The notes beneath the pieces were generated by a model. That model saw only the letters and a program-made list of their open reading frames with translations. It did not search any database and was not told the origin of the DNA. The position numbers and the translations under genes are program-made. Positions 1 through 10,120 of a DNA stretch of 64,000 nucleotides are shown here, one piece after another. Source of the DNA: an uncultured cyanobacterium (GTDB lineage Bacteria; Cyanobacteriota; Cyanobacteriia; PCC-9006; JAAUQQ01); NCBI GenBank assembly GCA_963718615.1, contig OY970368.1:4160001-4224000 (forward strand). Direction: 5' to 3'. Position 1 is the first letter of the stretch. Each line of letters begins with the position of its first letter.

Positions 1-321
1 AAGGGGAGTTTTGATTGCTTATAAGCCCTTAAATTTGTTGACTACGGGGTAATGACTGAGCTTAGACATAGGAGCTAAAACCAATTACTTGCCAGTGGGT
101 TAGACAAGACTTTTCAAGCGATCTGCTTAGCCAAAAGATAGACGATTTTTCGCAAAATTCCTGTACATTTTTGTGGTTATTCTTGTATTGTATCAAGCAA
201 AAAATAGTCAACTAAAAGCAAATTCATTAATTCTCAAACTGTATCAAGTTTAAATCGTTTCGGGATGCTCTATTTAGGTGGCGATCGTGCTCTTCCCAAA
301 AGCCAAAAGCGTCAGCCCAGC

Positions 322-353
322 AAAAGCTCCTATCCCAAATTTGGAATAGGAGC
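322..353 (-). terminator. Probable intrinsic terminator of the metalloprotease gene
   Basis: Minus strand reads GCTCCTATTCC-AAATTT-GGGATAGGAGC then TTTT, about 120 nt past the stop at 472. Confidence 0.5.
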
Positions 354-471
354 GAGAAAAAGGGCTAGGCCGTTATTACCAGAGATTTAAGGTTTTCATG
401 GTCAGGTTTCTGCCTGAGAAAACTGCCCTTGTCCATCTGCAATGGGGTTACAAGTAGATGAGTCATCCCCC

Positions 472-3444
472 TCAATAAGAAAAGAGAGGACTCACCCAGG
501 AACTCAGTCCTAGCAACCCAAAACTATTTTTATTCGTTTGCACTGGAGTTAGTTCTAATAGAGGATTAACCTCTAGAGTCGCGGCTCCATATTCATTCGC
601 ATTCGTGATTGAACTTAATCCGGCGTCAGCGTTAGGAAAGGCGTTTGACGATACGCTAGGTGGATTGACAATAGGTTCTATCTCCAAGGCATCAGTCACA
701 GCTGATATCAATGGGTCATTTTCAGTCGCATTCTGAAAACTTCCTGCTTCTGCTGATTGCAAAAGCGTTTCGCCAGTCACCCTGCTCGTTTCAGGAAGTC
801 CAAAATCATTAAATCTGATTCTCAGGTCTTGGCGATCTATGCTTTCTTGGCCCTCTAAGCCAAATTGGGTGGCAGCAACGGTGACTTCAAAAATATTATC
901 TTGATCCGCATCAGAGCCAGTACTGGCGATCGCCTTAAAGTTGAGTTGTCCGCTAATGGGATCAAGCTGAAATTGATTTGAATCTCGTCCTCCTACGATG
1001 CTGTAAGTGATTTCTGGTGCTATGCTGTAGCGATCTATCGCATGATTAAGGGACTCTGCAATGAAAGGAATATCAACCTCCAGAGTTTGGGAGTTGCCCA
1101 GGCCCACATAGGTCACCTGCGGTCCATTTAAAGAGAATTGCGGTTGGTTCTCAAATTGAGCAATCACATCATTACGATAGAGCAGTTGATTACGTTGAAT
1201 TCTGTAATCCGATACCTTGCCGAAGAGTTGAAGTTTATCTGAGCTATCAAAATCCGAGAGAGTCGCATGGCCTGAGCCTTGGAAATATGCCCCTTTGACA
1301 TCACCCAAAATCACAATGTCACTGCCGCCTCCCGTCGTAATTTTGGCATTCTTGCCTTGGGCGCGAATGATGTCATTGCCATTGCCCGTGGTGACAACCA
1401 TGGCCTGAGAGTCATAGCCTTGGATGGAGATAACATTGTTGCCCGACCCGGCATTGACCTCATAAGTACTGGAAATAGAGGGTTGAAGCAGTCGTCCAAG
1501 ATTCAGGAAACCTAAAAGACCACCGGACTGGGAGCTGGAGGAGCCAGAGTTGGCCGTTCCATCCAAGGGTTCAAAGTAAATGGTGTCATTTCCATCACCG
1601 GTTCGGATGGATTGATTGTCGTCCTTCGTGCCTTTGGTCCAAATTACATTGTCCCCTCCTAGGTCCTGGATGACCGTTTTTCCACCCTGGACAATTAGCG
1701 TGTCGTTGCCCAGACCCCCATTAATCTGGCCCCCTTGACGTCCCAGCACCGCAACATTGTTGCCATTCCCCGTCTCAAGAGTCTGTGCTTCGTCATAGGC
1801 CGGAAGAATCAAATCATTAGCATCATCTCCCCGCAGATTTTGCGTCCGCAGAATGAGCGGAACGCTAGGGATGGCCTGTACTTGGGTGACATTAAGGGAA
1901 CGATTATCCAGGATGATCTCAGCGCTGTTTCCCCTGCCATTGCTGATGATCTGCACAGAGGCTACATCAAAACCCTCTTCTTGCCAAAAGGAAGCGGAGC
2001 TACTACTGACAGCGGCACGCCGCCGTTCGTACAGCCCGGTGCTTGCCGATGGTGCTAGGCTGTTATAGAGGGCTTGCAGCCTACTATTTTCAAGAGATGA
2101 GGGCAGTGAGTTGCTAGATGCTGGGCTGGAGTTGCTCTGTTCGGGCAAGTTACCTTGCAATGCGTCTCGTAATTCCTCTACTTCAATGCCGAGCCGGGCC
2201 GCGAGGGAGAGCTCAGCCTGGGCTCGGAGCTGGCTGTAATCGGGATTGGCAGTTGAGGCATTGGTCAAATCGTAGCCAATGGCATCGAAGGCGCTGAGGT
2301 CAAGGTCAGAAATGCTGGAGCGATCGCCCAGCGCTACACTCGGATCCATAATGCCTAGCGTATTCACCGCTTCATCCGAGGACTGGGGAGCTAAGGTCTG
2401 TTGAGCTCCAGAAGAAGGACCCGTCAAAAGTGAACCGAGCAATCCGTCCACGAGATTAAACAGCCCCCCCAGTAAAATGCATCCTTCCCCCAAAGAGCTT
2501 TGCGAGGTGGTTTGCTGGTTTGGCGGGGCAAATAAACGATTGGGAGAATCGACCCAGTCTGCCTCACTGACTTCAAAGGACAGGTCAAACAGAATTTGAA
2601 CAAAGGCTTGTAAATTCTCGGATGAGGAGCCTTCTAGTTTAAGATCGTTTGAAAGACGGCGATCGGCGGCGGCATTGCCTGGTCCCCAATGGCTCGCCTG
2701 GTAACCATCCGCATAGTTACCCAAGGGAACAATTCCGGTGGAAAAATTAGCCAAGGAGGTCTGACCACCATCCAAGGAAAAGTATGCCGCCGCCCCTCGG
2801 GTCAATTCTCGACTGTTTTGTTCAAGGCTGCGATCGCTATAGCGGAAGAGGTCTAGCAGGGTTGTCTGGGCTAACTGTTGGGACAGTCCCCCTTGAGAGG
2901 GTGCATCTACGCCGCTGATGAAGCCGAGAATATGGCCAATTTCATGGAGCGCAACACCCAATAAATCTAAGGTGTTGGGTTCCATCTCGCCGTTGCGCTG
3001 CAAATCCTCATCCCAGGAGAGTTGCCTATTCTTGCTCAAGTCGTTAATGATAATTTGGCCATCTAGCTCCTTGGAATCAGCATAGGAAATGCCTAGAGCC
3101 TCTGCTTGAGCCTGCGTTAATGTGATGCGCTGACCGAGATAGGTTTCATCCTCCAACAGTACCGAAAAGCCATTCTCAACCTGAAGATTGGCGAGGGCTG
3201 TGGTATCCCGTCCGGATGTTGCATCAGCCGCAAGAGCCGCCTTGACCTGGGCCACATCTACTTCCACATAGGTGGGTAATGCTCCACCCAGAACATTGTC
3301 CGGTAGAGCCGATGTCGCGGCAACTTGAATATCGACAGTAATGTCATCCTGGAGATAATTAGACCACAGTTGCCCAGCCATCTCGAAGGCCAACATCTGC
3401 TGGATGGAGGTCTGTGGGGAGAATGTGAAATTAACAACAGCCAT
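472..3444 (-). CDS. Secreted Zn metalloprotease (NF038122-like N-terminus) with RTX-type Ca-binding repeats and a cadherin-like domain
   Basis: HEXXH motif ALHEIGHILGF; LLDLFRYS, YFSLDGG, ASHW and IMDP motifs; Gly/Asp nonapeptides (GGLGNDTL, TGDGNDTI, TGNGNDII); cadherin-like YSIVGGRD...D.D.DNIFEVTV. Confidence 0.8.
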   Translation of the reverse strand: MAVVNFTFSPQTSIQQMLAFEMAGQLWSNYLQDDITVDIQVAATSALPDNVLGGALPTYVEVDVAQVKAALAADATSGRDTTALANLQVENGFSVLLEDETYLGQRITLTQAQAEALGISYADSKELDGQIIINDLSKNRQLSWDEDLQRNGEMEPNTLDLLGVALHEIGHILGFISGVDAPSQGGLSQQLAQTTLLDLFRYSDRSLEQNSRELTRGAAAYFSLDGGQTSLANFSTGIVPLGNYADGYQASHWGPGNAAADRRLSNDLKLEGSSSENLQAFVQILFDLSFEVSEADWVDSPNRLFAPPNQQTTSQSSLGEGCILLGGLFNLVDGLLGSLLTGPSSGAQQTLAPQSSDEAVNTLGIMDPSVALGDRSSISDLDLSAFDAIGYDLTNASTANPDYSQLRAQAELSLAARLGIEVEELRDALQGNLPEQSNSSPASSNSLPSSLENSRLQALYNSLAPSASTGLYERRRAAVSSSSASFWQEEGFDVASVQIISNGRGNSAEIILDNRSLNVTQVQAIPSVPLILRTQNLRGDDANDLILPAYDEAQTLETGNGNNVAVLGRQGGQINGGLGNDTLIVQGGKTVIQDLGGDNVIWTKGTKDDNQSIRTGDGNDTIYFEPLDGTANSGSSSSQSGGLLGFLNLGRLLQPSISSTYEVNAGSGNNVISIQGYDSQAMVVTTGNGNDIIRAQGKNAKITTGGGSDIVILGDVKGAYFQGSGHATLSDFDSSDKLQLFGKVSDYRIQRNQLLYRNDVIAQFENQPQFSLNGPQVTYVGLGNSQTLEVDIPFIAESLNHAIDRYSIAPEITYSIVGGRDSNQFQLDPISGQLNFKAIASTGSDADQDNIFEVTVAATQFGLEGQESIDRQDLRIRFNDFGLPETSRVTGETLLQSAEAGSFQNATENDPLISAVTDALEIEPIVNPPSVSSNAFPNADAGLSSITNANEYGAATLEVNPLLELTPVQTNKNSFGLLGLSSWVSPLFSY

Positions 3445-3789
3445 TGAGAGCTTAGCCGATAAGGTGTCGGGAATAAAGGGGACTTGAAGTGGTCGATGCG
3501 GTGGATCCTGAAAAAGCTCGGGACAGTCAGGGAGTTTATCTGGAGAACAACAGAAATTAATCCCTTAGGCGTCAATGTTTCATCAAAAAAGAGAAGTTAC
3601 TCCATTAGAATCTCGCAAAACTCAAATTTTAGAACAGGGCAATGACTCTATGGAGATGTTGGAATTTGTGAGATATAGGCATCATGTCATAGAAACTAAT
3701 TCAGGAAAAGATATATCCATATATTCACGGAGAGTTGACAGCAATTCCTTTGATTTTTTTGTTATCTTGACTTGAAAAAACTTGATTAT

Positions 3790-4067
3790 TTAGGCAAAAG
3801 AAGATGTCCCAAATTTTATGCCTAACAAAATAAAAGACAAATCTTTGCATCACAAGAGATTAAGATATTCCAATTCAATGTCGATTTAAATCATCATCAA
3901 ATGAAATAGAACGTCAGGTTTTAGTTGATGGTTATTTCCCAAAATGATTCTCTGTCAACTTCACTCTCTAATAATCCCTGCCTCAAGACAGACGATGTTG
4001 GGGCTGCCTTCCTCCAGCATTGAGGCTGAGTTCGTGCGTCGAAAAAGGTGAAATTAACAACTGCCAT
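3790..4067 (-). pseudogene. Heavily decayed tandem copy of the metalloprotease 5' region
   Basis: 4048-4067 matches 3425-3444 at 19/20 nt (MAVVNFT, with F next in both). Downstream broken frames give SFDDDLNR (cf. SWDEDLQR) and HKI/GHLL (cf. HEIGHIL); many stops. Confidence 0.45.
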
Positions 4068-4454
4068 GACAACAATCGCCAAGGTAACTTGGTCTCACAG
4101 AGTTTCAGCCCTGAGATAGGCGATCGCAGGCCCTGGAACCACGGAGAGCAAGAACCACAATCGGATATTCAACCCAGACTCATAAAACAAGTGATGATTT
4201 TACTGATAGCATCACTGACTAGGGATCTATGACGACTCGTAGCGAGTATGTCACAGGTATTGTTAGATCTAGGGATAATTCTCCGTTGCTTTACTAACTA
4301 TTAATCGGTTTCTACTGGATACTTTTCCTGTCTTGATTCAGAAAAACTGAGAGTGACGCCCTAAGATGGGGAACGCTGTAGGAAGAGTCTGGTCCTTGCA
4401 TTTGCCACCTTTCGTTACGGTTTTCGCTACAGATGTGGCTGCTGGCTTATTGTC

Positions 4455-7427
4455 GTGACTCATCCCAATGGTTACTTACCCGTTGCATCTGCTTCGCTGT
4501 CCTGGGTTCCTGCACTTGTGCTTCTCCCTGGAGAGTGGCTTGGGTTTGGGCTGGCTGCACAGGCTCAGGTCGTGCCCGATGCAACGTTGCCGATGCCATC
4601 TGTGGTCTCTGGGGATGGCACACCCGGTTTGCAGCGCATTACTGGGGGAACCCGGCAGGGGAATCATCTCTTCCATAGTTTTGAACAGTTCTCCATCCCC
4701 ACCGGGGAAATCGTTGAGTTTGCGAATGAGCTGGATTTAGAGATTATTTTTAGTCGGGTGACCGGGGGCGATCGCTCCACCCTAGAAGGCACCCTCACCA
4801 CCCAGGGCAACGCCGACTTCTTTTTGATCAATCCCCATGGGTTTCTCTTCGGCCCAGACGCCCAGCTCAATGTCGGTGGCTCCTTCATTGCGAGCAGCGC
4901 CAGCCAGGTGGAGTTTTCTGATGGTACAACCTTCAGCGCGGTGGCTCCCGAGGCAACGGGCCTGCTGAGCATCAATCTTCCCGTGGGATTGCAATATGGG
5001 GCAGCACCTGGCGAGATTCAGGTGCAGGGTCCGGGCCATGGCCTCGAAATTGATCCAGCCACCCTAGCTATCGCGCCGGTCAATCCGCCCTCAGCTCGCT
5101 TGGCGGTGAATCCGGGCCAGACCCTTGCCCTTGTGGGAGGCCCTGTTTGGCTAGCGGGGGGAAATGTAGCGGCTCCGGACGGGCGCATTGCCCTGGGAGG
5201 TGTCGGTGGGGGCAGTCTTGTGGGATTGCAGAGAGATGACCTCGGTTGGCAATTGGATTACCAAGAAGTGCTCCAGTTTGAAGATGTCTGGTTGGACCAG
5301 GCCGCTTCTGCGGTGACCACGGGGCCGGGGGGCGGCGAGATCGAAGTGGTAGGTCAGTTTGTGGATCTGCTGGAAGGATCAACGCTGCTGGCGAATACGA
5401 CGGGGGACCAGACCGGTCGTGGCATTACCCTCACAGCGGCAGCGGGTAGCCTCATCCAAGGCGCGGCCTATGATCCGAGTGGGGCGATCGCCGTCTTTCC
5501 CACCAGCCTCTTTGCGGAAGTGGACCTAGACGCGCTAGGGAACGGCGGCACTATTGCTATCACAACCCCCGTTTTGGAGGTGAGTGACGGCGCTCAAATT
5601 TCGACTTCAACGTTCGGGTTTGGCAATGGCGGCGATCTGATGATTCGAGCCGATGAAGTGTTATTGTCTGGCGGTACGGTGGAGCTTGGCCCCAGTGGTT
5701 TTTATTTAGATGTAGCGGATTTCTTCGCTGAGGGCAATGGAGGCAATCTGGATCTCTTGGCAGAGCAACTGACGATCGCCAACGGAGCCAATATTGCCGC
5801 CAATATCTTTGGATTAGGAGATGGCGGTCGGTTGCGGCTCCAGGCCAATCAAATCGATCTCCTGGGGGGAGCAGCGGGCTTAGGGCCGAGCCGCATTGTC
5901 GCCCAGGTTGAAGGTGGCCTGGGCAACGGTGCTCAAATCGACCTGGTGGCCGATCAGCTTAATCTCTTGGACGGTGCCCAGATTTCCAGCAGTCTGTTTT
6001 TGGCCGAAGGGAATGGCGGTGCGATTAATATTCAGGCCAGGGATCTAAATCTGAGGGGGGCCTCTCCCAGTGGGATTTCTAGCGGTATTATTTCCCAGGT
6101 GGAGGCAGAGAGTCTAGGGCGGGGCAGCGATATTACAATTCAGGCGGAGCGGGTGGCGATCGCCCAGGGAGCCGAGATCAACAGTCTCACCTTTGCCTCA
6201 GGTGACGCTGGCAATATTACCATCGACGCCACCCAGATTGACCTCGTCGGAGTAGCGGGAGATGCCACCGGCATTTTTACCACGGTCGAAACCGGGGCTT
6301 TGGGTAACGGGGGTCGCATCGACCTCAAGAGCCAAACAATCCAGATCCAGGACGGAGCTCAGGTTGCGGTGGGCACCAAGGGTCAGGGCAATGGGGGCAG
6401 TCTGGTGGTGCAGGCGAGTCAACAGGTCTTGCTCCAGGGGGGCAATGATGAGGGCCGCAGTGGTCTGTTTGCCAATGCACTGATCGATACCGGGGCAGGA
6501 GGCGATATTCAGGTGCGCAGCGATCGCCTCACCCTCCAGGATGGGGCCACAATCAGCGCCAGTAATTTTTCTAGTCAAGACAATCTCCCGCCGGGGCAGG
6601 GTCCAGCGGGCAGCATTACCGTCCAAGCCCGCCGGATTGAGCTGTTGAACGGTTCAACGATTACAGCCTCGACCTCAGTGGGCGATCGCGGCAACATCAC
6701 CCTGACCGGGGAACAACTGTTGCTGCGCCAAGGCAGCAGCATTACCACCGATGCCCAAGGCTCCGCCACGGGCGGCAACATTGCCATCAACAGTCAATTT
6801 CTCATCGCCCCCGCCGCCGAAAATAGTGATATTACCGCCAACGCCATCCAGGGCCAAGGCGGCAATGTGACGGTGACGGCCACCAGTCTTTTGGGAACTG
6901 AATTTCGGCCACGTCTGACCCCCCAAAGCGACATTACCGCTAGCTCCGAGTTTGGCCTCAATGGCACGGTCGTGATCGATCAACTCAAGGGTGATCCCGC
7001 CTCTGGCAGTACGGAATTGCCGGAAACCTTAGCGGATCAGGGCGATCGCCTCGTGGCCAGTTGCCCCTCCGAGGCCCAGGCAGAATTTATCGTCTCAGGG
7101 CGCGGCGGCATTCCCGCCGATCCGGGGCTGGCACTAGAAGAGCAAGTCTTGGTCACCCGCCAACCTCTGATCCAGACGCTCCCCACCGCCCAGGCCAATC
7201 TCCCCCAACCCGAACCGTCCCAGGTTGAATGGTCCGAAACAAGAACGCTCCCGACCCGCATCACAGAAGCCCAGGCTTGGCGCAGAACGATGAATGGAAC
7301 CATACAACTGCTGGCAACTGTTCCCTCTAGAAACTCTACGGCCTCAGGATTACCGACCCCTGGAATTGCCTCTGCACCGCCGCTCACCTGTCGTCAGCTC
7401 AAAGCCCAAGCCCCCTCTTTAAGATGA
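4455..7427 (+). CDS. Filamentous-hemagglutinin N-terminal (TPS-like) domain beta-helical exoprotein, cyanobacterial type
   Basis: AQAQVVPDATL, NHLFHSFEQFSI, FSRVTGG, NPHGFLFG; GNGG-xIxI beta-helix repeats; C-terminal ITASSEFGLNG and FIVSGRGGIP...EAQAW. Confidence 0.9.
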   Translation: MTHPNGYLPVASASLSWVPALVLLPGEWLGFGLAAQAQVVPDATLPMPSVVSGDGTPGLQRITGGTRQGNHLFHSFEQFSIPTGEIVEFANELDLEIIFSRVTGGDRSTLEGTLTTQGNADFFLINPHGFLFGPDAQLNVGGSFIASSASQVEFSDGTTFSAVAPEATGLLSINLPVGLQYGAAPGEIQVQGPGHGLEIDPATLAIAPVNPPSARLAVNPGQTLALVGGPVWLAGGNVAAPDGRIALGGVGGGSLVGLQRDDLGWQLDYQEVLQFEDVWLDQAASAVTTGPGGGEIEVVGQFVDLLEGSTLLANTTGDQTGRGITLTAAAGSLIQGAAYDPSGAIAVFPTSLFAEVDLDALGNGGTIAITTPVLEVSDGAQISTSTFGFGNGGDLMIRADEVLLSGGTVELGPSGFYLDVADFFAEGNGGNLDLLAEQLTIANGANIAANIFGLGDGGRLRLQANQIDLLGGAAGLGPSRIVAQVEGGLGNGAQIDLVADQLNLLDGAQISSSLFLAEGNGGAINIQARDLNLRGASPSGISSGIISQVEAESLGRGSDITIQAERVAIAQGAEINSLTFASGDAGNITIDATQIDLVGVAGDATGIFTTVETGALGNGGRIDLKSQTIQIQDGAQVAVGTKGQGNGGSLVVQASQQVLLQGGNDEGRSGLFANALIDTGAGGDIQVRSDRLTLQDGATISASNFSSQDNLPPGQGPAGSITVQARRIELLNGSTITASTSVGDRGNITLTGEQLLLRQGSSITTDAQGSATGGNIAINSQFLIAPAAENSDITANAIQGQGGNVTVTATSLLGTEFRPRLTPQSDITASSEFGLNGTVVIDQLKGDPASGSTELPETLADQGDRLVASCPSEAQAEFIVSGRGGIPADPGLALEEQVLVTRQPLIQTLPTAQANLPQPEPSQVEWSETRTLPTRITEAQAWRRTMNGTIQLLATVPSRNSTASGLPTPGIASAPPLTCRQLKAQAPSLR

Positions 7428-10120
7428 ACATTTCTCCGCTTAAACCCTGGCGTTTTCTGGCATTAGTCGGTCTCACGTTTTGCCTGATTCTGGTAAGTGG
7501 GATGGGCAGCAGTGCGCGAGTGCAGGCTCGCATCGCTCCGATAGTTCAAACAGCGGCTGTTCCCGCAACTGTTGCCCAGGCCGAAATCAAGGCCGAAATC
7601 AAAGCCGAAATCAAGGATTGGGCCACCTGGGGACAACACCAACACCAAGCGGCGATCGCCCTCCAATCCCAAGGCCAATGGGCACTTGCCGATGCGATCC
7701 TCAGCCCCGCCATCGAGAAACTTGCCCCAAAATCCTTCCCCTTGCTGAGAGCCCAACTCCTGGATAGCCTCGCCCTAGGCCAACTCCAACAGGGACAAGC
7801 CGCCGCCGCCCTCGAAACCTGGCAGCAGGCGGAGCAATCCTATCGACAGGTCCGCCCTGGCCAAACCTCTCCTGAGACGGTTTCCGCCGAACAAGTGCAG
7901 CAAGCCCTGCTGGGTAATCGCATCAACCAAGTGCAGGCCCTGCGAAACCTGGGTTTCTATCGCCGAGCCCAAACCCAGCTAGAGCAGATTCAGCAAACCC
8001 TCCACCAGCGCCCCGACGATGGGCTCAAGGTGAAAGCCCTGCAAAGTCTGGGGGTAACCCTGCGAGCTGTCGGGGAGGGGGAACGCTCCCAAACCACCCT
8101 CGAAACCGCCCTGCGACTCGCCCAATCGCTTAATTTACCTCAAGCCGAGATCAATGCTCTCCGCCTCAGCCTAGCCAAAACCCTGGAAGCTCAGGGCAAT
8201 GGCCAAGCTGCCCAAGCGTTGTATCAGCAAATCAAAGATCAACCCGTCCCAAATCTGCTCTCCTCAAAACCGTCCCATCAACCCCTTCAAAACCAGCCCA
8301 CGACCCCCGCAGCCTGGGAAGCCGAACTGCAACAGCTCCGCCTCTGGAGTCAAAATCGTCAGACCGATCGAGTCTGGCAACAGGCCCCAGGCTTAGCCGC
8401 CCAGCTCATTGCTCTGCCAGCCAGCCGCTGGGGGATTGACGCCCAGGTGAATCTGGCAAACACCCTGATGGACAGCCGAGGCACCGATTCCGCCCTCAGA
8501 CCCCACCAAGCTGCGGCGATCGCGCAACTCCTCCAAAATGCCCTCCAGCAAGCCCGCAGCCTCTCCGATCCCAGGGCCGAATCCTACGCTCTGGGCTACC
8601 TCGGCCATCTGTATGAACAACAAGGACAAACCAGCGATGCCCTCAGTCTGACACGACAGGCGATCGCCCTCGCCCAGCAAGCTCAAGAAGCCAACGCCCT
8701 CACCCGCGCCCTCACCCAATGGCAATGGCAGTTGGGTCGTTTGTTAGCAGCTCAGGGGGATCGCAAAGGGGCGATCGCCCTCTATACCGAAGCCTTCCAG
8801 GGTCTCGAAACCCTCCAGCTCGATCTCGTCACCATGAACCCCGAGGTTCAATTCAGCTTTCGCGAACAAGTAGAGCCGGTCTATCGCCAACTGGTCGATC
8901 TGCTGCTCACCGATCTGGATAACCTCCCTACGCCCCAACAGCAACTGCAACTGCGTCAGGCCCGTCAGGTGATAGAGGCCCTGCAACTGGCAGAATTGCA
9001 AGACTATTTCCGCAGCGCCTGTCTCACCTATGAAGAACAGGCCATTGAGGACATCGATCCTCAGGCGGCGGTGCTGTATCCGATTGTGTTGGGCGATCGC
9101 ATCGAAGTCATCGCCTCCCTCCCCAATCAACCCCTGAAGCACTACAGCACCCAGATCTCAAGCCAGTCGCAACAACAACTGTTTGCAACGATGCAAACGG
9201 CCCTGCATCCCATTCAGCCCGCCACCCAAGTCCTCAAACCGGCTCAGCGGTTTTACGATATCCTAGTACGCCCCCTAGAGACCGAACTGGCCCAGCAGGA
9301 TATCCAAACCCTCGTTTTTGTCGCTGATGGCTTTCTCCGCAGCGTTCCCATGGCAGCCCTGCACGATGGCCAACAATTCCTCGTGGAAAAATATGCCCTG
9401 GCCCTCAGCCCCGGTTTGCAATTACTCAATGCAGCCAAGATTAGCGCCCAAACGCTACAAAAACCGGAACAACTGCTCCTAGCGGGTATTTCTCAATCGA
9501 TTCAGGGCTTCCTCCCCCTGCCTGCGGTTCCGCGAGAACTGGACAGTATCCAACAACGTTTACCCAGTAAAGCCTTGTTGAATGAGAACTTTACCCGCAG
9601 TGCTTTAACCCAGCAACTTGAGAAGAATAATCTATCCATTCTTCATTTAGCCACCCATGGTCAATTCAGTTCAAAGGCGGAGGACACTTTTGTATTGGCC
9701 TGGGATGATCGAATCAACGTTAGGGATCTTGACCCGCTCCTCGCCCCCCAGGGGCGGACAGCTCAAGCTCGCGCAGGGCTAAGGTCAGGGCTACGGTCAG
9801 GGGCAGGGTCGGGAGCATTGCGATCGCTCGAACTCCTCGTCCTCAGCGCCTGCGAAACCGCCAAAGGCGATCAGCGAGCCACCCTAGGCATGGCCGGGGT
9901 AGCAGTTCGTTCCGGAGCCCGCAGCACTGTTGCCAGTCTTTGGAGCGTCTTTGACACCTCGACATCCCTAGCCATGCCCACCTTCTACGAAAATCTCATC
10001 GAACCCGATGTCTCCCGAGCCGAGGCCCTGCGTCGTGCCCAATTGAGCTTATTGAAGAATCCGGCATATCAGCATCCCTACTACTGGGCACCGTTTGTTT
10101 TGATTGGAAACTGGCAATGA
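7424..10120 (+). CDS. Exported TPR-CHAT (caspase-like) peptidase
   Basis: N-terminal hydrophobic signal/TM; TPR-like helices; CHAT motifs LHLATHGQF (His), LVLSACET (Cys), ASLWSV, HPYYWAPFVLIGNW; overlaps upstream gene by ATGA. Confidence 0.92.
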   Translation: MNISPLKPWRFLALVGLTFCLILVSGMGSSARVQARIAPIVQTAAVPATVAQAEIKAEIKAEIKDWATWGQHQHQAAIALQSQGQWALADAILSPAIEKLAPKSFPLLRAQLLDSLALGQLQQGQAAAALETWQQAEQSYRQVRPGQTSPETVSAEQVQQALLGNRINQVQALRNLGFYRRAQTQLEQIQQTLHQRPDDGLKVKALQSLGVTLRAVGEGERSQTTLETALRLAQSLNLPQAEINALRLSLAKTLEAQGNGQAAQALYQQIKDQPVPNLLSSKPSHQPLQNQPTTPAAWEAELQQLRLWSQNRQTDRVWQQAPGLAAQLIALPASRWGIDAQVNLANTLMDSRGTDSALRPHQAAAIAQLLQNALQQARSLSDPRAESYALGYLGHLYEQQGQTSDALSLTRQAIALAQQAQEANALTRALTQWQWQLGRLLAAQGDRKGAIALYTEAFQGLETLQLDLVTMNPEVQFSFREQVEPVYRQLVDLLLTDLDNLPTPQQQLQLRQARQVIEALQLAELQDYFRSACLTYEEQAIEDIDPQAAVLYPIVLGDRIEVIASLPNQPLKHYSTQISSQSQQQLFATMQTALHPIQPATQVLKPAQRFYDILVRPLETELAQQDIQTLVFVADGFLRSVPMAALHDGQQFLVEKYALALSPGLQLLNAAKISAQTLQKPEQLLLAGISQSIQGFLPLPAVPRELDSIQQRLPSKALLNENFTRSALTQQLEKNNLSILHLATHGQFSSKAEDTFVLAWDDRINVRDLDPLLAPQGRTAQARAGLRSGLRSGAGSGALRSLELLVLSACETAKGDQRATLGMAGVAVRSGARSTVASLWSVFDTSTSLAMPTFYENLIEPDVSRAEALRRAQLSLLKNPAYQHPYYWAPFVLIGNWQ

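Noticed and set aside
160-250. NtcA-like site and repeated TGTATCAAG
   Set aside because: No correctly spaced GTA-N8-TAC; the 9-mer repeat alone is insufficient and the regulated gene would lie outside the window
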